From Candidatus Moanibacter sp. (GTDB lineage Bacteria; Verrucomicrobiota; Verrucomicrobiia; Opitutales; UBA2987), in NCBI GenBank assembly GCA_965215885.1, contig CBDCEW010000092.1, forward strand, positions 40,145-104,144: a DNA stretch of 64,000 nt, read 5' to 3'. This document shows positions 32,697 through 45,087 of the stretch, in pieces. Both the position numbers and the translations under genes were made by a program. The notes under the pieces were generated by a model that saw only the letters and a program-made list of their open reading frames with translations, did not search any database and was not told the DNA's origin. Numbering within the stretch: position 1 is the first letter of the stretch; the number at the start of each line of letters is the position of its first letter.

Positions 32697-33272
32697 TTCC
32701 CTCTTCCATCGTGACTCTCAATCCATTCGACAGGCTCATGGCAGGCCGTGATCTGCTGTCGATCTTCCTTCTTCGATTTTAGATTACGATTATGATTCAC
32801 GACGGAAGATTGATTAGGTTTCCACTCTTCCATCGTGGCTCTCAATCGTGATCTCCAGTCGATCTTCTTTTCTTCGAATTTGGATTACGATTATGATGCA
32901 CGATGGGAGATTGATTAGGTTTCCGCTCTTCCATCGTGACTCTCAATCGTGATCTGCTGTCGATCTTCTTTTCTTCGAATTTAGATTACGATTATGATGC
33001 ACGATGGGAGATTGATTGGAGTTTCCCATCTCCCATCGCGACTCTCAATCGTGATCTGCTGTCGATCTTCTTTTCTTCGAATTTAGATTACGATTATGAT
33101 GCACGATGGGAGATTGATTAGGTTTCCGCTCTTCCATCGTGACTCTCAATCGTGATCTGCTGTCGATCTTCCTTCTTCGAATTTAGATTACGATTATGAT
33201 TCACGACGGAAGATTGATTAGGTTTCCGCTCTTCCATCGTGACTCTCAATCGTGATCTGCTGTCGGTCTTCC
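32697..33272. repeat. Tandem array of ~5.5 copies of a ~101-bp unit with internal dyad symmetry
   Basis: Marker CTCTTCCATC (or a variant) recurs at ~32701, 32825, 32926, 33028, 33129, 33229; each unit has CATCGTGACTCTCAATCGTGATCT...AGATTACGATTATGATGCACGATG. Confidence 0.9.
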
Positions 33273-33324
33273 CATCGGCAAAAGACCTATTAGAGCAAAC
33301 CAAATTCGCCCGTCCTTCGGAGGA

Positions 33325-36300
33325 TCAATCCAACTCAACCTTGAGGCGCATAAATTTCTCGTTCTCGCCAAAATTGATTGGAACCGTCGCTTCAATAACT
33401 TCAAAAGCACCCAGATCCTCGACGACGACTTCGGTGATATCTGTGCTGAACCACTCGAGCAGATTTAGGGACCACTCGACCTCGCCCACGGCATCCGGAG
33501 CTACCTTGGATTTGCGGTAGCTTAGACTTAGATCGTTTCCATCGGCGAGGATGTCGATTGCATCGTTGCCGTCATTTACAAGCGGGTCGAATCCCATAAA
33601 GTATTCGATGAGGTTTGCGAACCTGTCACCGTCCGGATTTGCACTGTCTCCCCATACAGTATTCTGCTTTCCTGGATCCATGAGGTCGGCCTGATCAAAC
33701 ATATCGCTTCGCCAGGAATCGAGAGAACCATCGTTAAACACTACCGCCGAGGAAAATTCAGATGTGTTTCCCAAAGAATCAGTGGCTGTCGCGGTGATAT
33801 ACTCCCCGTGAACCGCGGTTTCCGCAAGAGTAACATCGAAAGAAGCGTCACCCAAGCCGTCGGTCATAACCATCGCTGAGCCCAAATAATGCTCTCCCTC
33901 ATCAGAGTTACTGGGGTCGCCCGGGCTGCCGGCATAGAAATCCAACGTAAACTGCTCATTGGGGAGGCTGTTAAAATCACCGACAATTCGCGTCGAGCCT
34001 AAGGTGGAGTATGTAATAACCGGGAAATTCTGCAGATTGTTCGGTCCAGTGTCGGCATCGAGTTCATCGTTCAGGCTGACACCGTCATCTCCGAGATCGA
34101 TCCCGAGAGAGCCATTCTCGAATATTGAATTTCCGCGAATGCTGTTTGAGGTAGTCGTGTCCGCTGAAGAAGATCCGACGACAACCCCACCAAGGTTGTT
34201 GAATGCGATGACATTGCCCTCTCCGCTCAGTGTTCCACCTACCGTGTTATTCGGTGCGTCTTGTATTGTCACACCTTCAGATGCATTTCCGAGGTCCGCA
34301 GTGCCGGTGTGGTCGGTACCGATGAGATTTCCTTTGAGGATGTTTCCGCCGCCACTCGTGCCAAAGATCCAGATGCCGAGCGAATCGTTGCCCGAGATGA
34401 GATTGCCCTCACCGGCTTGCGATCCCCCTATTATGGTACCGGGAGCACCTTGGATCGTAACGCCTTGAAATCCGTTTCCGACGTCAGCGGTGCCTGTGAC
34501 ATCGGTTCCGATGAAGTTCCCTTGCAATATGTTCCCGCTGGCTCCGGGACCCAGGAGAAAAACGCCGGACTGATCGCTGCCCGAGATTATGTTGCGCGCC
34601 CCGGCTTGCGATCCTCCCACTGTGTTATTGGGGGCATCTTGTATGATCACATTGGAAAGTCCGTTGCCCAGGGCGGCGCTACCGGTGACGTCGGTGCCGA
34701 TGAAGTTGCCCTGCACGAAGTTGCCGCTCGCTCCGGCGCCCAGGATATGAATGCCGGCGAACTCGAAACGATTGATTACCAGTCCTTGAACGGTGCAGTC
34801 TGCTCCCCCAATAAGAAGACCACTTGCGCCACCTGCATTGGTTCCGTCCAACTCGATTTTCAGCACAGCATTGCTACCGATCCCGGGCGGATTCGTGTTT
34901 GGGCTGGCCCCGGGTTGGGAATAGCCGTCGACCAACACTGGATCAGTAATTGTGGGCAAGAAAGTGCCTGGTTGGATTGTATGCGGGCCTGAGCCCGGGA
35001 TGTTGAACGTGATTGTGTCTGTGCCTGTCGTGCTGTTGGCCGCATTAAGCGCCTCCCGCAAGCTGCAGTGAGTCGCATCACATACGCCATCATCAACGTC
35101 GTCGGATGAAGTCACGGTCCAACCGCCCACTTCGAATGCGCCGATATCAACCGTGATGGTTCCATCTCTGTTTCCATCAATCAGCCGAGGGAATCCTTCG
35201 CCGCGCTGATCCGATTCCAACGGAAAATTATCAGCGTCGAGAGCCTGGGCGTTGCTGCCGGCATCGATAGCTGGACTTCCAACCAGCAAAGCATGGGTAA
35301 GGGTCAGGCCGCCGTTGTCCTGCAAGGAACCCAATATTGGGTCCGCCCCGATAATGTTGTCGTTGATGCCGTCAAGAAGACCACCTGCTGTGGCGGAATC
35401 ACCAACAAGATTAAAGAAGCTCCCGCTCTCATCAACCTGTCCGTCGATATCGTTGAGGGTCCCTCCTGTACCACGAAAATTCCGTGCTACAATTGTATTA
35501 TAAAGGCAGACGGTGTCTACATCTGTCGCAATACCGCCTCCATCTCCAGACCCTCCGTCATCCATATCCGATCTGTTGCCCGTAACGGTGCAATTCGTTA
35601 AGAAAAGCGATCCTCCTAAATTTCGTATTCCGCCTCCGTGGTCTAGAGACTCGTTATCTGAAATAGTAGAATTGACCACTCGCACGGAACCGGGATCCAG
35701 GTTGTAAATCGCACCACCAAACCCAATCGCTGTATTAGCCAGGAAAGTCGAACCGAATACTTCCACAGTTCCTCCTCCGTTAAAGAGCCCTCCTCCACGA
35801 TTACCAGTGGTGTTTCCGCTAAAGGTGGAATCCGTAATGCTCAAGGTTCCGCTGTCGTTAAATATCCCGCCACCACTTCCCGAACCGACATTATTACTGG
35901 AAAAAACAGTATCGAAAACGTCTACAGCCCCAAGGAAGTTATATATCGCACCGCCGCTTGAATCTCCATCGTTGTCAGCTATAGTTGATTCGATTATTGT
36001 GAGCGTCCCGTTGTCATTAAAGACACCGCCACCGAACGCCGACGCGTTCCCTTCGATGGTACAGTTGTCAATGGTGAGATTGCCAAAATTCAATATGGCG
36101 CCCGCCCTATTGTCAGGGAAAACCTCAAAAGCGGCACCGCCTAGACCCCATTCGAAAAGCCTTTCGAGCGGGCGGTTTAAGGTTCTCCGCCACGGGCGGA
36201 CCGCCTATGGCTGGCAGGTTTCGGGTTTTAGGCTGCCGGCTAAAGGTATTGAGCGGCCATCGGCGTGGCTTGCTGCACAATACGTAATTTGCCGCCGCAT

Positions 36301-39300
36301 ACTCATCCCGTGGTGCTTTTTTCTCTGAGCTTCAAAGCGGTCAGATTCAGGCTGCCTGTTCCAGTTCCTCCCCTCGGCGTTTCTTCAATGCGGCAGAAGT
36401 TGTAGGCCAGAACCTTCTCGTTAAGTTCATCGCCTACCGCATCGATGCCGCGGCGTGCCAGTTCGCCAAAGGCAAATCCATCTTTAATCGTGAACATCAG
36501 CGACTCCACTGCGGAGTTCGATCGCGGCGTGTCCTCGCGAACGCCTCGCTCTCCCAGTCCTCGGGGGTGGTCAACTTCTTGCCCTTCGCCCCACTGATAC
36601 TGATCTGAGTACCCCCATGCTCAGCACCTCCTTGCGTCCCTTCGCCGAAGCATATCCGTCATCTCCTGACCAGTTCAGCAATGACACCGGTGCGCTTGAT
36701 CGTCGCCGATGGCCGGCGCCAGCCCAATTACCTGCCGCCTTGCATTACGATCAGGCTGGTGACAAAACCGTTTTCGCTCCGCGAAAGTTGTGGCTTGTAC
36801 CCGAATCACTGGAGTGCGGCTGCCCTTCTTGATGTGCTCAACGGTAGCTTCTTTTCGTGAAACACCCGATCATGAGCATACTCAACAACCCGCTTGGCGT
36901 CGGCAATATCGCCCCTGATCTGGCTCAATGCCCGCTCCAGAAGCTCCCGGCGAGTGGGAGGCAGTGAATCCATCGACAGGCCCTCTTCAAGATGGCTCAG
37001 TTCCCCCGTTTAGTCGGCCGCCTTGCGGCCCCGCTTGAAACCGCCGGTAGTGTTTCTTCAGCTTGCCCTTCGACTTCGGTTTGCCCGCGGCCAGACAAAT
37101 CTGAAAAGCTTGTCCATTTCTCCAGCAACGCCCAACCCATCCCTTGCAAGCCCGAAGACATGCAACTTTGACCCAAACGATTGGCCCGCACCGCTCGAAT
37201 CTTCCCATCGGTGGGCCGCCGCTTTGAGGTGCTGTCGATCGTCAGCTCCCGAAATCGTCCCATTGCGAGGGTCCTGGAGATAAACCCAATCTGTTTATCA
37301 AAGATCAACTCGCGGGTCGTATGGCTGACCAGGTTCACGTTCTCCAGAATCGTCGTCACCGCCGGCATTCTCAGTCCCCCGCTCTGCAAAAATCCGTACA
37401 AGCTCATCGATCGCGCACAAACCGCCGTGCCGGTTTCGTGGTCAACGACACCCAGAAACCCTCGAATCATCACGAACACGTATACCGCATAAGCCGGCAT
37501 CCGCGGCCGGCCTGCCCCAAGATTCAATTCAGCAGCCAGAATATTCTCCTCCTCGATGTCCAGCTCCGGCAGCTCCGCTGTGCGCCCTTCAAAGAACCTG
37601 CGATCTTCCAATCGAAGTTTCTTCTTCTCACGCGCATGGGCGTCCAGATCCTTCTCGATCGGATGATTTGCGGCGCGAACCCGGCCAATTCTTCAACTTC
37701 ATCCAGAAAATCACGGAAATCCGTGTCTGGAACCGGCATAATGAGGTTCTAAGGGGCGCGCTTTTGTTCTCCTCTGTCGCACTGTTGGCATGTTTAACTC
37801 CTTTCTTAATCTTAGGTTGTTAAACACTAGCATGTTGCGACACTTTTTATCAAGCCAAAAAATGATTTTTCTCAAGTTTTTCTTGCGCCTTCGCCTCTTT
37901 GCGGCCAATCAGTAGCTTTTCGGATAAGGTCCGCCTAGGAGGGATAAGTTTGATAATTCTACGTTTACGCCTGTTCCGATCTGAAAAATCCGAGACTGGT
38001 TGCCGCCATCAACCGTCAATAGATTCGTTCCGAGTCCCGTAATGGTTAAATCACTTAGTATCTCGGGAAGCTGTGTTCCGTTCAGCGTAATCGTTCCACC
38101 GGCAAGACCGGAGTCAAAAGTAATGGTGCTGTCAGGTAGATTGGCGTTAGCGATCTTGATGGCCTCCCGCAGGCTGCAATGGGTCGCGTCACATACACCG
38201 TCGTCAATGTCGTCGTTGGTGTTTACGGTGAAAGTGGTGGGGAGGGCCCCTGGCGTGAAGTCGATCAGTAGCTGTGGAGCAGTGCCAGTCTCTTTACTCC
38301 CAAACCGTCTCGCATTTCGACTGCCGGCCTGTTCGTTGCCGATCAATATCCATCCGAAGTTCATTGAAGGCGAGTCCAGCCAATCCTGAACATCCATTGC
38401 CATCTGTGTGGAACTCCACTCCGGCGAGTTGCTGATAATTGTGTGAGTAGCCGATACACTTCCGGATCGATCACCTCCCGGAGTCGTCCAGTTTTCTCCA
38501 TTACCGGTTTGTGTCCAAGTGACATCGCTCGGCCCCGCGGCGTCGCCCTGTCCGCCGCCACTGCCCACATTACCTGCCGGGCCTTCATTCCAGTCGCGGG
38601 TCAATTTCTCGAGGCTCGTCGAAGCTGTCCCACCGGCACTTTTAGAAACATCAAGAGTCAGCGTGACACTGTCAATTGTCGCGCCTGCGGGAACGCCGGA
38701 GTTTTGCCCATCGCCATTTACAATATCAAAGAATAGCAACGCCCTGCGAAAATCGCCTGGAAGGATGCGCCCAACAAAGAGATTTCCGCTACCGTTGGCC
38801 TCGCTGCCGTTCTCTGAAAAAATCGTCGCGTCTCTAGTCGGATTCAGCGTGACTGTGGATGAGAGAAGCGGAACACTCTGGACTGCCGCCAGTGCATCAA
38901 TGAGGCCATATCCAAAGGTGCTATCAAACCCGTTTGCTCCCCGATCGTCGGAAAACGCCGCCAGATGTGCCATAATTTCCGCTGGTGAAAGTGATGGATT
39001 CTTCTCCAGCATGAGGGCGCAGATTGCGGCGACATGCGGCGCTGCAGCGGAAGTGCCGAAGAATGTATTGGGAAATCCACCTGCCCCTGTCACGCTCACT
39101 CCATCAACAGCAGTGATGAAAGGTGTCTGTCGAATCTCAAAACTGGGAAAATCGATTGTCGAGGGTCCCCTTGAGCTGAATGTCTCTATTGTATCTAGTC
39201 CCGCGTCGAAGGAATCGATCGCGGCGACCGATATGGCTTCTTCCACGGCCTTATGTCCAAAGATACTGTCGCCCGTGGTGGCATCGTCATCGACTGCTAT

Positions 39301-40692
39301 AACGCCTCCTCCGAATGCAAAGAGTTCAAGTGTCTTTGCAATTCCGGCAAATTTAAGAATGGAGACAAAGACTTGAGTATCGACACCCGTATCGTTGATC
39401 CAGGATACCATCTCCAGTGGGTCATCACTGCCATCCTGCGGAGCTTCACTTGAGTCCAAGATGAGATTTCCATCATCAAGTAACATATCGTAATTGTTAC
39501 TCGAGCCTCCAAACGGATCGTTCCATTGCAGATACACCCTTATCTCCTCCCCTGCAGGAACGAAAAAGTTCAGCGCAGTATCCACTCCCGATCCCTCCTT
39601 GAAATCGTGGAGCGGTCGATCGGAGCCCTCTACAGGAATCGAGCTTCCACTATCGACGAATTCACCCTGATAGTGCGACCCAGCATAATTTCCAACGGAC
39701 GAAACGTAGAGCGTATCGTTGACATTCACTACCTCTCGTACTTTAAGGGCGACGTCGCCATCTTCGAAGTAGGGCTTAGTAAAGAAGCCCAGATCATCAC
39801 AGATAATATCGCAATCAGCCGTGTTGCTCATCCAGTCGATGACTGCAATCATCTCCAGCGAGGTATTCGGGCCTCCAAAGAAGAGTTCCGCTCCCGGCGC
39901 CAGATCGTGAACGATCTCGAGCATCGCTGTGCCTTCATCGTCGCTTCCCGAAAATGTGGGGTGGATTGTTATCGAGGATGGCAAATCGCCTGAAGCGATA
40001 GCGGAAGCCCGGTTATCAACGCCGTCAGAAATCACCCCAACCTTGATTCCCGAACCATTATAGGGGCCAGGGAGTGGAAGCGCCCTTACTTGATCGGCGT
40101 TCAATAAGCTATCTCCCTCGCTTGTCACACTCCCGGTGTTGGGATAGGCATAAGCCGGAAGCTTAATGCGTTCAACAAAATCGAGGCCGGCGACCGTTTC
40201 GATTGATTCGTAAGACATCCAGGCCTGCAAAGTGTGGAATTGCTCGACGACGAGTTCGATGGCGACTCCTGCATACTCGAGGATTGCAAGGTTCGCGTCG
40301 TTAATGGGATTCAGAATTACGTATACCTGAATCTCTCCGCGGTTGCTTACTTGTGAGATTCGAGAAATTGATAGTTTCGCAAGATCAAGCGCCTCGATGT
40401 CGACGGGATCACTCTTGGGAAGAGCCTCTGAGGCTCGGCGCACTTTCTCCACAATCCGTCGGAGCACCTGGATTACCGCGGCATCAACTTTTGTCTGAGC
40501 TGGTGGCGACAGTAGTGTCTCGCTGACCTGTTTTATCTCATTAATTGTCTTTGATAGCACGGCTCGATTGGGATCGGTTGTAATTTCGCTTTCGGCCTTC
40601 GTGGTTCCAATGCCATAGGGGACCGTAGAGATCACGCCGATGATTGGTATCCACTTTACCAGGAAGAGAGGCAAAATTGGCCGCCGGTGCAT
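33325..40692 (-). pseudogene. Large exported S8/S53-like subtilase + DNRLRE-like + 2x CSLREA + beta-helix protein (~1857 aa reconstituted), split by an IS
   Basis: GIKVGVISDG, DEGTAMLEIVHDLAPGA, FFGTSAAAPHVA; CSLREA twice; GGxxxN repeats and PAIDAG...DQRG...DIGAFE (choice-of-anchor Q-like). The halves join in frame (NLSLLGGAAFEVFPDNRAGAILNFG) once the IS is removed. Confidence 0.85.
36144..37931 (-). mobile_element. Decayed insertion sequence (IS5/ISNCY-like DDE), 1788 bp
   Basis: Imperfect TIRs GACCCCATTCGAAAAGC / GACCTTATCCGAAAAGC (14/17); 6-bp TSD CGCCTA (36138-36143, 37932-37937); fragmented transposase with GRPRMP, LTIDST and VLAYNF. Confidence 0.85.
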
Positions 40693-40881
40693 ATATAGAC
40701 TGTAGGCTTTAAACTGTTAGTGGCAAGCACAGTAGAATTCAGCTGCTCATCTTCCAACTTGCCTCACATTGTATGGCCCGCTTTTCTTGGCTTGGTTTGC
40801 TGGACGGCAGAGTGTCGAAGAAATTTGTTCTCGTGACGCTTTGCTCGAAAGTCCGCTGGAAAAGCGGGCGTGACATTCAGG

Positions 40882-40908
40882 CTAATTTCTCTCTTCAAAT
40901 GCCGATAA
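40882..40908 (+). promoter_or_regulatory. Sigma28 (FliA)-like promoter
   Basis: CTAA-N15-GCCGATAA with a perfect -10 box, 7 nt before the HDOD gene ATG. Confidence 0.5.
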
Positions 40909-40915
40909 TAAGCGT

Positions 40916-41746
40916 ATGGACATCGATGCTATCCTTTTACAGGCAGATAAACTCTCGCCGACGCCCCAAATACTGCCTAAACTCCAAGCAGTTCTGCGGG
41001 AACTGAACGCCGACATCGGGGAGATCTCCGCGTTGGTAAAGTTTGACGCCGCTCTGACCGCTCAGATCGTGCGGCTGGGTAACAGCGCATTTTTTGGGAT
41101 GAGCAAGCCCAGTAAGAGTGTCGACGAAGCGATTAGCCGTTTGGGTATGCGCGAGATTTACAATCTGGTGGGCCTTATCGTTGCCAGACAGATCTTTGGG
41201 GAGGAGCTACGCTATTATGGGCTGAAGAGCACCCAACTCTGGGAGAATTCCGTTCTCTCTGCCGCGCTCATGGAGACGTTTGCAGAAAGAACCGGTCACA
41301 ATGTTGAAGTCGCCTACACGGCTGGACTCGTTCGGGATATTGGGAAGGTGCTGATTAATCGTGTCTTACAGGAAAAAGAGGTCGAGTATGACGGCTCTCC
41401 GGTCGTAGGATTGGAAGAGGAGAGAAGATTATTAGGATTCGATTTCGCCGAAATTGGAGCCGCTCTTCTGAAAAAATGGAATTTCCAAGAGGAGATCTTT
41501 GCTGCCGTCCGATTTCAGGTCAGTCCTCTCGAATCTCCAGAAACCAATCCCTTTGCCTGTCTACTATACCTCACCAACCTGGCAATGACGAATGACATTT
41601 GTGCATCGGGTGAGGCGGTAGAAGATTCTGAAGTGAACGCATCCCTTCTGAAAGCCGTTGGATTAAATGAGGATCTGATCGCTGAATGTTTCGATCAGGC
41701 GCGCGGCAAGTTTGCCAGGATTTCCAGTTTTATTAAAGCAGCCTAA
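40916..41746 (+). CDS. HDOD-domain protein
   Basis: DAALTAQIVRLGNSAFFG, SVDEAISRLG, AYTAGLVRDIGK, GAALLKKWNF; the HD motif is degenerate (RD). Confidence 0.9.
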   Translation: MDIDAILLQADKLSPTPQILPKLQAVLRELNADIGEISALVKFDAALTAQIVRLGNSAFFGMSKPSKSVDEAISRLGMREIYNLVGLIVARQIFGEELRYYGLKSTQLWENSVLSAALMETFAERTGHNVEVAYTAGLVRDIGKVLINRVLQEKEVEYDGSPVVGLEEERRLLGFDFAEIGAALLKKWNFQEEIFAAVRFQVSPLESPETNPFACLLYLTNLAMTNDICASGEAVEDSEVNASLLKAVGLNEDLIAECFDQARGKFARISSFIKAA

Positions 41747-41949
41747 TTCTCGCTCTTGGCTTCCTTCTTACCCGATTCCCAGCACAACCCGCATGCCAGG
41801 GTTCCCGGTATGAGGATGCCAAGTATACTCACCCAAAACGGTATTTCAAAACCAGCCACCGACATTTCCCAATCCAAGATGAGCCGGGAGAAATGCGCGA
41901 TAGCGACGAGAGTGAACACTAATATGGCGATGCGTGTAAAGATTCCCAT
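41743..41949 (-). CDS. Small two-TM membrane protein
   Basis: 68 aa; VFTLVAIAHFSRL...IPFWVSILG. Confidence 0.65.
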   Translation of the reverse strand: MGIFTRIAILVFTLVAIAHFSRLILDWEMSVAGFEIPFWVSILGILIPGTLACGLCWESGKKEAKSEN

Positions 41950-42454
41950 GTTTTCGCGGCTTAGTAATGTCTGAGATCGAACTTAGACTCTTGTGCCCAT
42001 CTTAGCAAGAGTTGATATTAATAAATAGAGCCTGTTCGGTACGTGTTTAGCGTGATGGCAAATGCCTTTGTTCGATGATCAAAGTAAGGGGTCAAGCCTT
42101 AGAAGTGTCTGTTTTTCGGGGTCAGCCGCCTTAACAAATTGCCCGGAGCCTGCGTATGGCGGTTTGTAAGGCCTGACCCCCTCAGCGAAGCGGAAAAACA
42201 GGCGCTTCTTAAGGGCATGACCCCGAACGGCGAATGATTCTGCAAGAACTTTAAGACCATAAGCCATCACGCCAAACACGTACCTTTTTCGAACAGGCTC
42301 CAAATAGCAATGATTCCTTCGTTTTTGGCCTCCGTGTCCGGAGCGCGCTCTTTCGAGAAAGTGGCAGACAATTACAACAACGATCAAGATCGCTACTTTT
42401 CCTTGTCTCTCCCCGTGTTTCTCTCCATGGTTCTGCGCAATTCTGGAATTTGCT

Positions 42455-44149
42455 ATGGTCGAATGGAGGAAAGGGTCAACGGCGCGATTTAGCCGCGCAA
42501 CTCGCAATTCTGATGGACAGCACCCCGAATTGGTCCGAAACCAGGGGGATCTTGAAAAAAGGGAAAGACGGCTTCGCTCGATTTTAGAGGCGCAACCGGA
42601 ACTGGTGCTGATAATTGATGAGAACGGAAAGTACGTAGACATATTTGGCAAGGAAGGCGTGCTTCTGATCGATCGACCGGAGAATCTGCTCGGCAGGAAT
42701 TTTGAAGAGTGTCTACCGGCTTCGTTTTGCGAGAAGGCGCTAGAAGCAAATCGCCGGGCTCTCGAGAGCGGCGAAACTCAAATACTGGAATTCGAACTGG
42801 ATGTGATGGCGGGAGAACGTTCCTTCGAGGCCCACGTATCGCCGATGTCTTCCGAGCCAGGAGAGCCCAAGCTGGCGGTTTGGGTGGTGCACAATATCAC
42901 AGAGAGTAAAATGGCTGAGTTTGCCCTGAGTGAAAAGGCCAGGAATCTGAGCGAAGCCAAAGATCAAGCGCTTGAGAGCGATCGGCTGAAATCTGAATTC
43001 CTCGCGATGTTAAGTCATGAAATTCGTACGCCCTTGAACGGTATAATGGGATTTGCCAATCTTCTTCTCAAAACAGACCTGGACGAGAGCCAGAAAGAGA
43101 GTGCACGGGGAATTGTATCCGGCTCCGAGAATCTCTTGAACTTGATAAATAAGATCCTTGATCACTCAAAAATCGAGGCCGCGAGGGTCGAATTGGACCG
43201 CGGCTTTTTTAATTTGTGCGATTGCATACAGGAAGTAATTGAGTCGTTTAAGCCGAGATTGGCGGAAGGGAAATTGCGGATCGATTACTTCATAAATCAC
43301 GATGTTCCCGATACTATCTTTGGCGACGCTGCTCGGCTTCGCCAGGTGTTGTTCAACGTAGTCGGCAATGCCATCAAGTTTACTGAAGAGGGACGAGTTC
43401 ACCTTGAGGTCTCTCAAGAAATCGGGGAATACAGCGAGAATGCTTTAGATGGCTCGAATAGAATTCTCCACTTTACTGTCTCTGATACAGGAAAAGGGAT
43501 TTCGAAAGACGAGTTTGACAAGATATTTGAGCCTTTTGCCCAAGCCGACGCCTCATCGGTGAGGAATTATGGGGGAACCGGTCTGGGGCTGAGCATTGCC
43601 AAAAAAATAGTGGAAATGATGGGTGGGAAAATCTGGGTCGAAAGTCTCGAGAATGTCGGCTCGATCTTTCATTTCACGATTGATTTAACTGCGGATGAAG
43701 CGTCGTCGAATCTTCCGTTACCTGGTGTGGGTGTCTCGCCTGAAAAGCCAGAGAAGTTGATTGAAATAGGCGATCCGCTCAATGCCCTTGTTGCCGAAGA
43801 CGATGCGGTGAGTCGTCGGTTGGCGGAAGCCCTGCTTTCCAAAATGGGACACCTTGTATCCGTGGCAAGTAATGGTCGCGAGGCATTGAATATCCTCGAG
43901 AAAGATACCTACGACATCCTCTTTATGGATATTCAAATGCCTGAGATGGATGGTATCGAATCGGCCAAATGCGTTCGTAATGGTAGGGCAGGGGAGAGAA
44001 ATAGGAACATCCCAATTGTCGCTGTTACGGCAAATGCAACCCGAAACGATCGAGAGTCATGCCTGGAGGTGGGAATGAACGGCTATATCTCCAAGCCGTT
44101 AAGACCGGGGGATATCGAAACCACTCTGATGGATGTCCTGGGGAGCTAA
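42455..44149 (+). CDS. PAS-domain hybrid sensor histidine kinase/response regulator (start uncertain)
   Basis: PAS domain; [36 protein letters not shown]; receiver VAEDD...[11 protein letters not shown]...KP. Confidence 0.93.
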   Translation: MVEWRKGSTARFSRATRNSDGQHPELVRNQGDLEKRERRLRSILEAQPELVLIIDENGKYVDIFGKEGVLLIDRPENLLGRNFEECLPASFCEKALEANRRALESGETQILEFELDVMAGERSFEAHVSPMSSEPGEPKLAVWVVHNITESKMAEFALSEKARNLSEAKDQALESDRLKSEFLAMLSHEIRTPLNGIMGFANLLLKTDLDESQKESARGIVSGSENLLNLINKILDHSKIEAARVELDRGFFNLCDCIQEVIESFKPRLAEGKLRIDYFINHDVPDTIFGDAARLRQVLFNVVGNAIKFTEEGRVHLEVSQEIGEYSENALDGSNRILHFTVSDTGKGISKDEFDKIFEPFAQADASSVRNYGGTGLGLSIAKKIVEMMGGKIWVESLENVGSIFHFTIDLTADEASSNLPLPGVGVSPEKPEKLIEIGDPLNALVAEDDAVSRRLAEALLSKMGHLVSVASNGREALNILEKDTYDILFMDIQMPEMDGIESAKCVRNGRAGERNRNIPIVAVTANATRNDRESCLEVGMNGYISKPLRPGDIETTLMDVLGS

Positions 44150-44194
44150 GTACTCGAACTCATAAATACGGCCATCCCACATACGTGGCCATAT

Positions 44195-44440
44195 TTATGA
44201 GTTCGAGTACTTAGCCTTCGTGATTTTTCCCGCTTTGATAGCTTTAACGGAAACCCACATGCGCTTGATCTGTCCATTAGGCAGTCGTACCCGGATTCGC
44301 TGAACGTTGGGCCTGAAAGTGCGCTTTACGTTTTTTACCAGGCTGGTGCCGATTCCACCACACTTTTTCTTTATGCCCTTGCGGTGAATGCGACCCCCAC
44401 GATGCGGTCGTTTCCCAGTAATTGTGCAAATTCTAGCCAT
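44195..44440 (-). CDS. rpmB: 50S ribosomal protein L28
   Basis: MARICTITGKR...KRTFRPNVQRIRV...SVKAIKAG with the GGIG insertion of PVC-type L28. Confidence 0.95.
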   Translation of the reverse strand: MARICTITGKRPHRGGRIHRKGIKKKCGGIGTSLVKNVKRTFRPNVQRIRVRLPNGQIKRMWVSVKAIKAGKITKAKYSNS

Positions 44441-44583
44441 GGCCTGAGCAGATCTAAAAGGCGCAGGAATTTAGCGGTTATGAAGGGTAGAGCAAGCCTA
44501 TTCTTCGATTGACTTTCACTCCACCCGCCCCTGCCCCTCCCGCTGAGGGGGCAGGGGTGGGATCTTTACAAGCAAGTTTCCCG

Positions 44584-45087
44584 TCATATCTCACTAACGC
44601 GATTCACGGCCTCGTCCAGCAACTGCTCCGTGAGCTCCATAGGGTGGCCTCTCCATAGAATCTCTCTTTCGGCAGAGAGGAGCACGAGATGTGGAATAGC
44701 GGGAATCCCGAAACTGGCGAAATATTTCTGATTGCGATCAAGCGCGACTGTGTAGTCCATTGGGATTCTCTGAATAAACCGATCGACGATTGTACGATCT
44801 TCCGAAGTAATTCCGGCGATTTGTAACCCCTTGCTTTTGTATTGAGCGTAGATGCTATTGAGATGCGGAATCGAGTCCAGGCAAGGCGTGCACCACGTCG
44901 CCCAGAAATCTAAGAGAACGGGCTGAGTCCGCTCAATCTCAGGTCCCCGAATATATTCCAAGTCGAGAGGAAAGAGCCCATTGCTCTGCCGCGTTGCGGA
45001 TGTTTGGGGCTCACCTTGGAAAACCCAAAGGAGAAAAAAACCTCCGAGGCCAACAAATAAAAAATAGGCGGCTTTGTTCATGACCAA
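44584..45087 (-). CDS. TlpA-family disulfide reductase
   Basis: LLDFWATWCTPC; N-terminal membrane anchor; AIPH cis-Pro loop. Confidence 0.92.
   Translation of the reverse strand: MVMNKAAYFLFVGLGGFFLLWVFQGEPQTSATRQSNGLFPLDLEYIRGPEIERTQPVLLDFWATWCTPCLDSIPHLNSIYAQYKSKGLQIAGITSEDRTIVDRFIQRIPMDYTVALDRNQKYFASFGIPAIPHLVLLSAEREILWRGHPMELTEQLLDEAVNRVSEI

Noticed and set aside
32697..33272. Possible CRISPR array
   Set aside because: Whole ~101-bp units repeat, there are no unique spacers, and no cas genes are in the window.
29857..34200. Similar 3' ends of the two CSLREA genes as a DGR TR/VR pair
   Set aside because: Both copies are coding, differences are not adenine-restricted, and the only RT is an intron maturase.
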